NCBI RefSeq assembly: GCF_902459465.1
Contig: NC_047076.1
Span: 3,844,001-3,908,000, forward strand
DNA: 64,000 nucleotides
Direction: 5' to 3'
Source: Asterias rubens
Taxonomy: Eukaryota
Shown: positions 12,571-25,152 of the stretch, piece by piece
How the letters are laid out: every line of letters begins with the position of its first letter
How positions within the stretch are numbered: the first letter of the stretch is position 1
Position numbers and translations under genes: made by a program
The notes under the pieces: generated by a model
What the model was told of the DNA's origin: nothing
The model's database searches: none
The model's input: only the letters and a program-made list of their open reading frames with translations

Positions 12571-13129
12571 ATTAAGTTAACTGTGACTGTTAATTTGCAT
12601 TCATGAATAAATATGCTGAGCAAGAACTGTTTTCCCAGCTTAGCATCTCCCGTGAAATAAGATCCGATGTTCCGGATTATGTTAAGCTCACTTTCATCAC
12701 AGCGAGCGATAAAGTCTCCTGTAGCTAGCGATCAAATCTCCTGGAGCTTTTTGGGGGAGATCAGACGAAACGTGTGTCTGAGCCTCCCTGATTGATCCGG
12801 GGGAAAATACTGGCGAGAAAAAAAATAGCCAACACATTATTTGCCGTGGCTTAGCGCACTGCTGGCTACACCAAGTACGGTAAATTCAGTCAACATGTAC
12901 AAAGGTACTGTGGCACGAACTTCATTCCTGGTCGATGTGTTCTTAGGACTTGTTCTAAACAGCACAAGGAATGGATGCCTTTTTTGCAGCGCAGCCTGAA
13001 AAAGAAAAAAAACCTATAAATGTTATCAAAACAGGGGGAAGGTCTTTGCCTATCGTTTTTCAGCTCCCATCTCTCAGTATCTATATAGTTTGCTTCCAAG
13101 TCGGTGTTTAGCAAGATGTAAGTGCTGGT

Positions 13130-13500
13130 TTCAAGACGAGGCCGTCAAGGCCGAAGTTCCTGGTTTTGTTTGAATACACTTATTTCCTAAGGCGAAATAC
13201 CCGGTGCGAATTATTTTCCAAGCTAGGAGTTGAACTTGGAACTGGAACATTGAAAGCTTCAACTCTGCATTTCTTTCAGCAAAAAAATAAATTAATGTAG
13301 TTGCTGGTTTCAAGATGATCTCTCCAATGCTATATTGCCTTGTTCGTTATTGGATACATTCCTTACCCGTGGCCAAATACCTGAGATATAACCCATTGTA
13401 TACGCATAGTTTGATTCTCAGTTGGTGTTCAGCAAAATGTAGTTGTTGGCCATGGTTCCTTGTTCGTTATTGAATACAGTCATTTCCCGCGGTGGAGAAC
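13130..13500. repeat. Diverged tandem repeat, ~3 units
   Basis: ccttgttcgttattg(g/a)ataca and ttcagcaaaa recur. Confidence 0.55.
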
Positions 13501-13942
13501 ACAATACAACTCGTTTAAAAGCTAAAAAAAATAACGAACAGGGAACGCGGGAGGTTGGACAAAGGTAGCTCGCATTTCTTGTATTCTGTTGTCTTCATTT
13601 ATTTGGGTTGAACAAAGAACAAAATACTAGAGCGAACTCCAGATAAACGTACCTGGCTCTATCACCCTCTAAGTTGGAGGTCTCCCTATTTTGTCCATGT
13701 TTTGCTTAAACCAAACATAAAAGTACATTGCTGTTTTTTTACACAGTTAATTTAACTAAATTAAATTCATTCAAACAGTTATTTCCACATGTGCACACGG
13801 AGGCATCATCCTAAAAGCCGAGGCTTGTGATTGATGTGCGTGTTACAACAATGCACAACAAAACAGGATAAACAGCCCAATAAAATTGCAGAATAAAGAA
13901 ATAAGAACTGTAGGCCTGTATACGGTAAAACAATCTACAATT

Positions 13943-14331
13943 TTAAAGGAAGTGAACACTATTGGTAATTACTCAACCTAATTATTATGTTAAAACCTTA
14001 CTTAATAACGAGTAATGGGGAGAGGTTGATAGTATAAAGCATTGTGAGAAAGGGCTCCCTCTGAAGTGCCATAGTTTTCGAGTAAGAAGTAGTTTTCCAC
14101 GAACTTGATTTCGAGACCTCAGATTTAGAATTTGAAGTCTCGAAATCAACCATCTATAAAGCACACAACCTCGCGTGACAATGGTGTTTTTTTCTTTCAT
14201 TATTATCTCGCAACCTGTACGACTAACTGAGCTCAAATCTTCACAGGTTTGTTATTTTATGCATATATGTTGAGATACACCAACTGTGAAGGCTAGTCTT
14301 TGAACATTGCCAATAGTGTCAGTGTCTTTAA
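13943..14331 (+). mobile_element. Family A MITE, full length, palindrome subfamily
   Basis: TTAA at both ends, ~27-bp TIRs, internal ttgatttcgagacctca..gaagtctcgaaatcaa. Confidence 0.9.
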
Positions 14332-15717
14332 AGTAAAACAAAGTAGACAGGGAGACAGGCAGCTCCAAGTTTAGAGTTAAGAAATGATGACATCTTAATC
14401 TGTAATTGTGTGACGTCAGGGAAACTTGAAATGGGATTGCAATGACATTTTGTCGATGCTTTGCAAGACAAGATTATCATTTCCCCGAGACCTAGTTCAT
14501 AGTCAGAGAGATGGAAAATTATGAAAGACGTGTGTGATGTGTCGGCGGCTAACGACTTTTACGCGCATTTTGCGCTGTATTTAGAAACATTAAGGACAAT
14601 TTTCAGGCGAAAAATGCTTCGATCGATTTATAATGTGAAGTACGCTCGGCATATTGTCCTCCCTTCTGGGGGTAGGAAATGTGACACGTTGTATGCTATG
14701 GTGCGTCAGAGCTCACCTTGGCGTTATAATCAGAGTTGGCCACGATGTATGACCCCCCCCCCCCCCATCCCCCTTCAGTATCCCCACCTCCTTACCACAA
14801 CCACATCCAACAAAATCTTTGTAAACTGTATTAGATAAAATGTTTTCAGCTGTGTTTTGTTGCACATCATGTTATATTTTGAATGGAAAAATTCAATAAT
14901 TTCAAGTTGAGCTGCAAATATTAGTGTAGATCTACAGTTAAGTGAGAATTTATACAGAATCTACAGTTAAGAGTAGGTTCGTGACGAACTTTGGCCAAGA
15001 ACACGAACTTTGGCCAAGAGCACACCGCCCGAACTCAACTCACAATTAATAAGTTACACACGAGAAGGTCACCAGAGGTTCCGGCCACTAGGTCACGACA
15101 CATTGAATAATGCATTATAATTATTTACCATCCACGGTGACAATCGGTCCCGGCACATTTGTGTCTTCCTCATTGGTATTCCAAAGTGAAGTCCTTTACC
15201 ATTCTGCACTAAGGTCATGCTCAATCTTATTATTATTTGAAGGGGTAACCGTGACCAGACGTGTTTATTTCACGCATGAAGAGAGAAGTGTATTTCTTGT
15301 TTCCCCTTTTATTTTGATCTCTCTCTCTCTCTCTCTCTCTTTTTATGGGGTTGGGGGGGGGCGTTGGTAGTGGCAGGTGATGTTAATAGCAATTAATTGA
15401 CCAATTAATATTCAATGATTAATTAAGAAGCAGAGCCAGATAGGTGTAACAAAGTGGTACGCCCCCACCCCACCCCCGCCCCTTCAAATGTGTCTGTCCC
15501 ACACAAGCACTATTTGAAATCAGGACTTGTGAGATTAAATTGTATTTGTAATTAACAGTCATGTATTGCATCCGAGGGCGCAATTGGTGCCAATGATAGG
15601 TTCAATATGGAACTAGACAAAAAGCTCAGTTTTAAATGCTGGGGAGGGCAACCAATCATATTGAAACAGACCACCCCCCCCCCCCCCCCACAAAAACAAA
15701 TTAAAACAATTAAAAAA

Positions 15718-16109
15718 TAATGCATGGGTTCTCGATGCAACAACTGCTTCATCAGATCAAAAGTTGTCAAAATAATTATCACAGGTCGCTTGGATGGTCC
15801 TGTCTTTACCACAACTATAGAGTATTGGAATGAATAAACTTGTTCCCCACCACAAAATGATGATGTTCTTTTCAGCAAGGGCATTGTAGATAGATCTTTT
15901 TCGCCAGTGAGTCCATAATTCACGTATGCAGTCAAGCTTGGGGACTTATATTAAGAACATCTCCATTTCGTAGAGAGTGTGGCGTACAAGGTGTTGAAAA
16001 TTTTCATTCACATAATGTAACTTCACAGTAGGGAAATATCATCATGAGTGGAGATGAACTTGGTAATGTTTAAGAGAACCTCATTCGGTAAATAATTGAT
16101 AAATGCCAT
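15718..16109 (-). pseudogene. F-box-domain pseudogene
   Basis: ttgtctcag|ATG start; MAFINYLPNEVLLNITKFISTHDDI, then one frameshift to PTVKLHYVNENFQHLVRHTLY...; two in-frame stops in the following ~100 codons. LPxEVLxxIxxFI...VxxxFxxLV fits the F-box pattern. Confidence 0.55.
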
Positions 16110-17124
16110 CTGAGACAATCGTTTTCTCAAGATTATGGAGTAACTGGTTATGTTTGCAATCATGGTTAAATTTAATTTTATTTTTTTTACAGTAAAGAAG
16201 AGCAAGAAGAACCAGTTTCTTCTCAGCGGGTAGGATAAACAAATCGGAAAAGTATCAAAAACGTTAATATAAATATATTATAGACAAAGTGAAAAAAATA
16301 ATACAAAAATAATAAAGAGATTTAAAAATATATATATATAAAACTCTAGTAATAATAATAAAATAATATTAAACAAATATAATAATTATAGTAATAAATT
16401 ATTGTAATTGGTTCAAAATGTTCAAACTTGTCGAAACATCCTTTTTGTTTAAATCCTAGATGTAGCCCTATTTCACAAAACAATTACTCGAAGAGCATTT
16501 TCTTGCGTTTTTTTTTTCTTCTTTTATTTTCACAATCGATAGTCAATGTTCATACACCGACACGAAGTTATATTATATACTACCTCAAAAATATGACTTG
16601 TACTTGTCTTGGGCCTAGATGTAACTTATTTTTCTAAGGTATAAAGCCTAATTATGACAAGTATTATAAGTGACTTGTAGTATAATCTTTCTTACGTTTG
16701 TTGTTTTTTACTTAGAGATCCTTTCACACTTTTGTATACAAAAACTAACCGCCTAATTGAAAATAATTGTTGTGAATGCTGTAACGTGCGATTAATTGAA
16801 ACTAAGAAAAATCTGCTCGTCGAAAAACTTCGCACCAAACCAAATTTGACAATCAATTTCAAACCATTCCCTTTCAGTTATTGAATTAACGAAGGGTTTT
16901 CCACTTATACAAAACGCCGACTTAGATCCCAATCATTTCGCTTCTCCACTGCATAGTCACGGGTGTATTTTCCTCTTTCCCAGGTGTTACTGCCTCCATA
17001 AGCATAATTTTGAATTGAGATTTGTTAGGGACCGCTAGCGAAAAGAAGGTACAATTATACGCTAACCCCATGGAGATGGTATTACATTATATTTCCGCAG
17101 CGTGTGCCGGAGTGTAACGGTATG

Positions 17125-17623
17125 TTAAAGTCACTAGACACTATTGGTAATAACTCATAATAATTGTTAGCATAAAAACTTACTTGTTTGCTATCAATGG
17201 AGAGCTGCTGATGTTATCAAACATTGTGAGAAACGGCTCCCTCTGAAGTGACGTAGAAAGAGGTAATTTCTTACTAAAAAAAATCAAAGACTTAACTGAA
17301 GCCTTCTATATTGCACCAGAAGGTTTGTGGGTTTTGTTGTCCCTTCATTATTCTCTTGCAAACTCGATGACCAATTGAGCCAAACTTTTCACAGGCTTGT
17401 TATTTCTACCTAGATGTAGCCCGGACCTAAATGTAGCCCCAACAGGTACATGTTTGGGGCTACATTTAGGTCCGGGCTACATTTAGGTACATGTTTGGGG
17501 CTATATTTTGGTCATGCTACATTTAGGGCTCGGGCTACATTCAGGTGCCGCACACACGTGTGTTCGGATACACCAAGTGATAACTGGTCTTTGACAATCA
17601 CCAAACGTGTCCAATGCCTTTAA
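17125..17623 (+). mobile_element. Family A MITE containing a partial family J insertion
   Basis: TTAA ends; A sequence is interrupted at 17409-17558 by tagatgtagccc / gggctacattt repeats. Confidence 0.85.
17409..17558. mobile_element. Family J element, left end missing
   Basis: Ends ...gggctacattcaggtgccgcacacacg, matching the right end of 44775-44889. Confidence 0.75.
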
Positions 17624-18270
17624 GAAGGCAGCACAAGCCGTAGCTGTGTCTGTCAGATTCTCGTAAGGCCCCCGAGGCAAATCAAGCACTCTCGGGGGAT
17701 CACGGCAGCACCCCCCCCCCCCCCCGACCCTTGCCGTGCGTGCTTTGAATCCAACCAGTGGCACACTACCCTGGGGGTGTTATATGGCAAGGGAAGACAT
17801 ATAGAAACAGAGATGAGAAGGGGAAAAAATCAGTAAAGAGAGGATGTGAAGGAAAAAACATCTTGTGACACGCGGGGATTATAAACCGAGCATGGAGATC
17901 GATTTACGGGAGCGATGCTCGGTTGAAGTTCAATGGCGCGATGCTTAGTGCACTGAGACTGTATTTGTGAGTGTAGTGTCAACATTTTGTACATATGGTG
18001 CTATATAAAAACGGGTATTTTGTGCAATCGTTCCCCCCCCCCCCGTCCTTTCCACTTTAATACACACCGTGGTGTGTATTTTGGACACGCAATGCTACGA
18101 GTTGATTCCATTTAAATCGACAGGTGGAGGTGTCAGCTTCATCCAATGCGAAAATAGATGTCTCTTGTGATGTTACCCACTCCACACCTACCCACCTACG
18201 CATCGTGTTGTGTGTTTTAGGAAATGCAGAGTTTGAAGTTGATTCAATATTAATCGACGATGAGATGGCG

Positions 18271-18395
18271 TTAAAGGCACTGCACTGGACACGTTTGGTA
18301 ATTACCAAAGACCAGTAATCTCACTAGCTGTAACTCAACATATGCATAAAATAACAAATCTGTTGAACTTAATGTTCATCGAAATCGCAAGAGTG
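18271..18395 (-). mobile_element. Family A fragment
   Basis: ttaaaggcactgcactggacacgtttggtaattacc... Confidence 0.7.
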
Positions 18396-18407
18396 TATTT
18401 CATGAAG

Positions 18408-18570
18408 GGAATCAATGTGTGGTGAAGAGGATTTCAACTAGTGGTCCAAACCCGCGCCGAGGCCTGGTTCTTGATAATTTTACCAAGACGAAGTCGAGGT
18501 AGAGTATCAAGAACCAGGCCTCGGCGGGTTTATACCACTAGTTGAAAACCGATTCAACACACTTTGATCC
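18408..18570. repeat. ~160-bp near-perfect palindrome (foldback head of an unclassified element)
   Basis: Arms ttcaactagtggt..ccgaggcctggttcttgata / tatcaagaaccaggcctcgg..accactagttgaa; centre gac-gaa-gtc. Confidence 0.85.
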
Positions 18571-19139
18571 TAGTTTTATACCTTTTCGGTCAAAAAACAT
18601 AAAAACTTTTTCGTCAAAAAGTAAAATAAATGCAAAAAATTGTTCAGTGATTTCTTTCAACACAACACCCCTCCAGCTATGAAATGGTAAGGCCCTCAGG
18701 TAAACAACTCCTTATAAGGAGATTGATGTGCGCGTCACGCGTATCGCGTGATGTGGCACAACTTTTTCAGCCGTTGCTTTCGACCAATAGGAATGAACAA
18801 AACTGTCTTATAAGTAAGATGAAATTCGCGGCACGGGCTACGGTTTTGGGAGACAAACAACTGCACCTTTGCTTGTAATCTATTCCATAATGTATACATT
18901 ATCTTCTTCGTCTTCTTCTTCTCTTTCTTCTTCTGCTTCTTCTTAGGCCATCTCGCAAGTTATCATGTAATATTCATAAAGACACGCGAAAGTGGGGTAC
19001 TCGAGGTTGCACGCACCAATGTATTTAATATTTTAGTCACCAGCTTGTCAAAATTCATATCGGCCTCGGGGCCGACTGTCTGAGCTTTAACATGCCACAT
19101 GGACTTGCCGCGCCTGATTTATTTACCTTACCCGTTAAT

Positions 19140-20060
19140 CTTATTCAGAGTTGAAGTAAGAGAACCACTGTTTGAATTGAACTTTATTCACTGTCGACCA
19201 TAATTGAATAATTAGACAAAATAGAGCCACGTATGTGTTTCACACATTGTCATATAAACTTGCCACTTTCGTTTAAGCCCCATACTCACAGAGTTCATGT
19301 AAATTATAAGAGAACCACTGTTTGAATGTGAACTTTATTCACTGTCGACCATAAACGCAAAAGTATTAATGAACACATATACAGCCAAGTCTGTGTTTCA
19401 AATAACTGTCATAAACTCCACCACTCATATAACCCCCCCCCCCCCCCCCCTTAACGCCATTGGACACTTTCGGTAAACAGTATTGTCCAAAGGCCCACAC
19501 TTCGTGTATCACAACTTATATCTAAAATAACAAACCTGTGAAAATTTAGGCTAAATCGGTCATCGGAGTCGGGAGAAAATAACGGGAAAACCCACCCTTG
19601 TTTCCGCACGTTTCGCCGTTTAATGACATGTGTTCAAAATAAATCCAAAATTCTCGACAACGAAAATTGATAATAATTGTTAACTGTTTTCTCAAAAAGT
19701 AAATCATTTCATGGAATAATATTTCAAGAGAAGTCTTTTACCATTACCTTCTGCAAACCCTGTAAGTTATTTGTAAATCTGTGAATTTTTTTTTCTGTTC
19801 CGAAAGTGTATAATGGCTTTAAGTAATCTCATCCTTAACTAGTATTTTCGAATTCGTGTTTGAGACTTAACTTGGTTCGCTGTCGACCGTAGGTTTAAAA
19901 GCACAAATGAGACAAAATGCAGCAATGTCTGTGTTTCACATTACTCACATATAAACAACTTTTGTATAAGCTTTCTATTCATAAATCTTATTAGAGTTTA
20001 TGTATAAGAAAATCACTGTTTGACTTTAACTTTTTCGCTGTCGACCGTAAACACAAAAGT
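19140..20060. repeat. ~150-bp diverged tandem array (4-5 units) split by a family B MITE
   Basis: The core c(a/g)ctgtcgacc(a/g)ta occurs in all four clear units; ccactgtttgaa..aacttt precedes it, diverged in units 3-4. Confidence 0.75.
19451..19822. mobile_element. Family B TTAA-flanked MITE (Kolobok-like, related to A)
   Basis: ttaacgccattggacactttcgg ... ccgaaagtgtataatggctttaa; shares ataacaaacctgtgaaaattt with family A. Confidence 0.85.
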
Positions 20061-21671
20061 AGTATTGATTAGAAAAGAATAGGTTTATTTATTGTCCACG
20101 TAAAACAAAAACATAGAAACTAGACATCCACTGGCCAAATACAAGCATCTCTTTTAATACAAACTACAGCTGTTTTGCTGGGAACTGTAGTCAACTTGCA
20201 CTTGTCTTGAAATACTTTTAGTCTTAATTTTGTAAACACGATTCTTAACATCTCTTGAAAAGGACTGTCGCAATTAGAACCGCCAATTTCCGTACACCCA
20301 CCCACGGCACCGTAAAGTTCACGCACATTCTCTCAAGCTGATCAAAGTGAAACCCATAATCAGTAATAACTCATCAATAACAAAGTTAGATATTCAGTGC
20401 CCACAGATGTCGCTGAGTGAGAAGTACAGTTGCATCTTATAATTGTAAAATGTTGGTATCAACAAAAATTGCATTTATTTTGGGTTGATAGTACTTCTTT
20501 TATTAACCACTATGTAATAACATTGGATCATTGACTCTAGAGTTCGATTGAGGGTGAAGAACACGACAGTCTGCGATTGGATTGTATGAGAAGAGAGAAT
20601 ATACACTTTCCAAGCAATAAAACAAAGAAGTACTTTGTCTGTTATCAATTTGAGTTATTCATCGTCTTCGAACATCCCCTTCAATTAACATGCAAGCCAT
20701 TTGGAGAGTGCCAATTACGTTTCCCTCTTCTTGTTTCTCAACAGTTTCCTTTCAGCTTGATTACATTGGTTTTATAAACAGTCGCTTATGAGCGAGCAAA
20801 AGAAGAAAAAAAGATAGTGACATTTTCACAAGTACGAAGACAATTCACTGTTGATTACCCTCCGAGTTGTTTCCCGTACCATTGTTGGAGTCTCTGCCAA
20901 ATCCGTATCATGTTGATGATTTCCTGTCTGCTAAACGCCAATCCCCACAGCCTATGAGCAGATACAGGAGGGACACGGGGCATAATTCGCTTTATCTGGC
21001 CTTGCAGGTGTGAAATTAGGCACGCTCATCTCGTTTATTATATGTCACCCACCTGGGCTCGAGGTTGACAAACAAACTCAATCCTCCTGCGGTATTTCCT
21101 GCCCAGTGACGTCACACCAATCTAATAATTACTGATTTTTATTGTATACGTACATTCTGGTGTTTGATGAGAAAGGGGCGTGTTCCATTTGCCTTATTCC
21201 ACGTACTGTACAGTACATCGTCTTGATCTGCTGTGTTGACGTCATCACCCGAAATGGGTTTATCGCTCAAGTAAGGTTTCACTGTCTTCCCCGCTAGTGC
21301 TTAAAGGGTGGCTGACTTTATGGACACTTGTTTTACAGACTCGATGAATTCATTGGATACGATGATTTTATTTGATAAACTCCCGAGTGACATAAGCTTT
21401 CCATATAATATTATGTGATTTGATTGGTCCGAGGTTATGTCTGTCAACTGCACTTTCGGTCGTCTGCTGCACGCAGATAGCATTGTGTTTGTACACTCGT
21501 ATCCGTACATGCATGTGATGTTGTTTTATACACGTGTGATTTCACTGCAAATCTCCCTGTAAAAAAAATAAGAGGTCAAAGGTACATGTACGGATCCGGA
21601 AGTGCGCTCAATGCTGGTCATGTTATTTACACTGAACCTTTTCTATTGGCCTCTCAAATAATTATGTCTTA

Positions 21672-21931
21672 AGGTGCGTTGGATTAGCTTGCCTGGGTCT
21701 ACCCAGTGATCACTCAGGTGAGCCCCTGACAAGAGCTAAACGAACTATCACTCGTCGTCCTCGTCTGGCAGGTAGTGGTACGTCATGCCTCTGGGGCCAG
21801 CCCCCAAGTGACCCACTACACAAGCAAGGCACTGGGGCTGACCCGGGTGAGCCACTGGAATGGCGTCAAAGCTATTCGAACGCACCGAGGTAAGACCGGG
21901 GAAGACACAGGGAAGCTAAACGAACGCACCC
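21672..21931. mobile_element. Family E MITE (PIF/Harbinger-like, TAA TSD)
   Basis: TIRs ggtgcgtt.gattagctt / aagctaaacgaacgcaccc followed by taa; homologous to 55206-55433. Confidence 0.85.
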
Positions 21932-22543
21932 TAATAATGGTTGTTATTTCGAGGGCCTACCAAATATTAATGAGGCCGACGCTCTCTGCGTTTGCTATAC
22001 CTAGTGTGGTGCACCCCGAAACTCTAGTCTGGCAGCCTGTGTTCTAACATCAGGACGGGGAAAAATGTAATCGCAAGTTCTCGCAAATCCGTATTCTCTA
22101 TTAGAAAATCTGAGAGCTTTAAGGTCCGAAAAGATTTTAATTAACGGCTCCGTTTTAAAGCTCAATTCCAAAGAAAGTGTTATGTTACCTCAGACATTAT
22201 ATTACCTATAGCCACTTGGCAATTTTCATTCCTTAAAACTATCCAGCCTCCCTCGAGAGTTCATCTTTTCTTTTTGTCCCCTTTCCAGAAATAGCCCACA
22301 AAAAAAAACGATAATATTGTACGAAAGAATGTATCATTGAATGTTATTTGGAGAATCCTGAACAGGTTATTTGAGAAAGTCGACTTCACTTTATGAAGTG
22401 CTTTGTACTATAATGGGTACTCTTACGGTAATAAAGGGCCCTATAGTAATATGATGCCCCCTTCATCAAACCATAACCCAGTACTGGCTCAATACTAACC
22501 CGTCCCAACCATTGCAGAGGTTTTCGTATCGTCCTCTACATCC

Positions 22544-23001
22544 TTAAAGGTAATGGTTTGGATTTCATAAAGAGTTCAGACTAGTCTTATCTCGAGTTAG
22601 GACGAGTTATTCTTCTTAACTTAGGACTAGCCTTAAGTTCTTTCTGAAATCGACCCCTGGAAAATGTTGGTAATTGCCAAGGACCGGTACTCAACATAAG
22701 CATAACATGTGAACATTTTGACTCAATTGATCATCGAGGTTGCGAAAGAATAATGACAGTAACAAGACACTTTTCTCACAAATTTGTGTGCTTCCATCAG
22801 ATGCGTAAACAAGGCTTCAGCTGAAGGATGTAGTTATTTGAGTGAGAAATTACTTCTGTCTCAAAAACTACATGCTAACTCGTAGGGAGCTGTTTCTCGT
22901 AATGTTTTATACCCTCACCAGCTCTCCATGTTTGTAAACCAACTACGTTTGTAAATTATTAATTATTTTGAGTAATAACCAATAGTGTCCAGTGCCTTTA
23001 A
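22544..23001 (-). mobile_element. Family A MITE with family C inserted in its TIR
   Basis: ttaaaggtaatg [C] ctggaaaatgttggtaattgcc ... aatagtgtccagtgcctttaa. Confidence 0.8.
22556..22656. mobile_element. Family C MITE, internally deleted
   Basis: gtttggatttcataaagag ... tttctgaaatcgaccc followed by ctg. Confidence 0.8.
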
Positions 23002-23489
23002 TACCATAGACTACATCTTGGAAACTTGATACAACTTCAACTGCAATTTTTTTTAAGGAAATTCATTTGTAAAGAGCTCCACTCGTTACCTACCTACGAG
23101 GGAACACTAGTTCTTCCGCCCATGCCAATAAACGCATGATGTAATCCTATACTTTTAACGAGTCCCCTCCGGTGCATCCTTTCTTATTCTCCAAGGGGGG
23201 TGTACACTTACTGTACAAAAGGGCAATCCAAAGACATTAAAATTCTTCTGTCTCTTTTTTACTGACTGCCCCCCAAAAAAACTCCGGAATGAATATCAAC
23301 CATGCGAAGGGGGTGTAATGTGATATGTTTTATCAACATAAAGAAAATTAGGGTGTTTTATAAAAAAATGTATCACCGACAGGGGATATGGATGAACACT
23401 GCAGCGTTTTAATTAAGTGACATTGTAAGGCTTTTGGGGCTACTTCTGTGGAGAAGCAACAAGTTGGAAATGGGTTGTACACATTGCTT

Positions 23490-23710
23490 TCAAGGCACTT
23501 AACATTATTGGTAATAACTCAAGATATACTCATTATTGGTACGAGAAATGGGGAGCTTTGGGTGTTACAAATTATTTGGAAAAACTGCCCCCTAGTAACG
23601 TATTTTTTGAGAAAGAGGTCATTTCTCACGAAAAATGTTGAAAGACATCAGGTCTTAAACCTTTTATATAGGCATTCGAAAGGTTTTTTTCTCACAAATT
23701 TTGTTTAAGT
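23490..23710 (+). mobile_element. Family A, highly diverged fragment
   Basis: aaggcacttaacattattggtaataactcaag... Confidence 0.6.
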
Positions 23711-23737
23711 TCTGTTATATTTTCCACAATAGTTATG

Positions 23738-24205
23738 AACACAGTAGTTTTTGGCCCGCCTGCATGAAATTGCCTCTGGAATACTATCTGTAAAACAAGG
23801 TAATGCATAATATCAATGGATTTTCTGATGGACATGCATTTAGGTTCTGCACTTGTTGACTACCCTGTGTTATATTTACTAGTACCTTTTACAGCGTTCC
23901 CATAGTAGTATTTGGCCCACCTGGTAAGACCCTTGAAGTGTCTGTAAAATAAGGCCTGCAAATTGCGCATTTTGACTCTTCTTATGGTCATTATGGGTTA
24001 TGCACTTGTTGACTAACCATGTGTTGCATTTACTTATTCATAAAGCGTCACTTAAACCCTGTGAACACAGTAGTATTGGTCTGCCAGGAGATGCCTCGTA
24101 AACCAGGTATCTGTAAAACATAATAAACATTGACCCTCATACATAGGTTATGCACTTGTTGCCTAACATGTGTTGCATTTTCTAGTACCTTTTATAGCGT
24201 TCTCC
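23738..24205. repeat. ~160-bp diverged tandem array, 3 units
   Basis: agtagt.tt.tgg..c / tctgtaaaa / ggtt.tgcacttgttg.cta recur three times. Confidence 0.75.
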
Positions 24206-24523
24206 TTATACACCCTACTTGATTTACGTACTTGAACGGCCACATTAACCTCGTTTCCAGCGTAACGTGGACACCCACCCCCCTACCTGTCTCGCTGAAT
24301 TTCAATCGGCCAGGTTGAAGTGCGTAAGGGGGAAGCATGTTGACACCCTAGCGAGCCACTTGGCATTTCATGCTACCCTTTACGGTTGTGTGTGCACGAA
24401 GAGGGGAAAATAGATGTATATGTGGCCAAATCAAGCTCTCGTCTAGTTAGTAACCAACATCTAGTTTCTTCATACCAAAAACTGTGACTTTTACGCAACA
24501 ATTAGTTCATCATTAGGGTTTTT

Positions 24524-24676
24524 TAAATGTGGCCTACATTCGGCAATTTACGATTCGTCTTGTTCAGATACCAACATCTGGATTCTGCAGCCCCAGAAAC
24601 TGAGATTTTTTCACATCAAAAAGTTCAGCATGGGGGGGGGGTAAATGTTGCCTACATTCGGCAATTTACGATTCGA
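24524..24676. repeat. Short direct duplication
   Basis: taaatgt(g/t)gcctacattcggcaatttacgattcg occurs twice, ~118 bp apart. Confidence 0.8.
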
Positions 24677-24763
24677 CCTTTCAATGACCTTTCCCTTGAT
24701 ATTAGACAGAGGGCGCTGCGGCTATATTCAAAATCCCTTTCATGTGTAATAAATAAGCTCTAG

Positions 24764-25152
24764 TTAAAGGCAGTGGACACTATTGGTAATTGTCAAAGAC
24801 TAGCCTCCACAGTTGGTGTATCTCAACATAATATGCGTAAAATAACAAACCTGTGAAAATGTGTGCTCAATCGGTCATTGAACTTGCAAGATAATAATGA
24901 AAGAAAAAACACCCCTGTCACACGAAGTTGTGTGCGTTTAGATGGTTGATTTCGAGACCTCGAGTTCTAAATCTGAGGTCTCGAAATCAAATTCGTGGAA
25001 AATTACTTCTTTCTCGAAAACTATGGCACTTCAGAGGGAGCCGTTTCTCACAATGTTTTATACCATCAACCTCTCCCCATTACTCGTCACCAAGAAAGGT
25101 TTTATGCTAGTAATTATTTTGAGTAATTACCAATAGTGTCCACTGCCTTTAA
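24764..25152 (-). mobile_element. Family A MITE, full length, palindrome subfamily
   Basis: Perfect TIRs ttaaaggcagtggacactattggtaatt / aattaccaatagtgtccactgcctttaa. Confidence 0.95.

Noticed and set aside
14977-15100. Possible solo LTR (gttcgtgac ... gtcacgaca inverted termini)
   Set aside because: Very short, no TSD, PBS or PPT, and no second copy in the window.
18180-18275. GNAEFEVDSIL, resembling a chromodomain start
   Set aside because: The downstream YLVKWxG motif is absent; the sequence runs into a family A end.
24928-25136. Recurrent 60-85-aa ORF family (MCAFRCLISRPQILNLRSRNQ..., MVDFETSSSKSEVSKSNSWK...) seen more than ten times
   Set aside because: All copies are translations of the family A MITE interior; starts, stops and frames vary between copies and there is no transposase motif.
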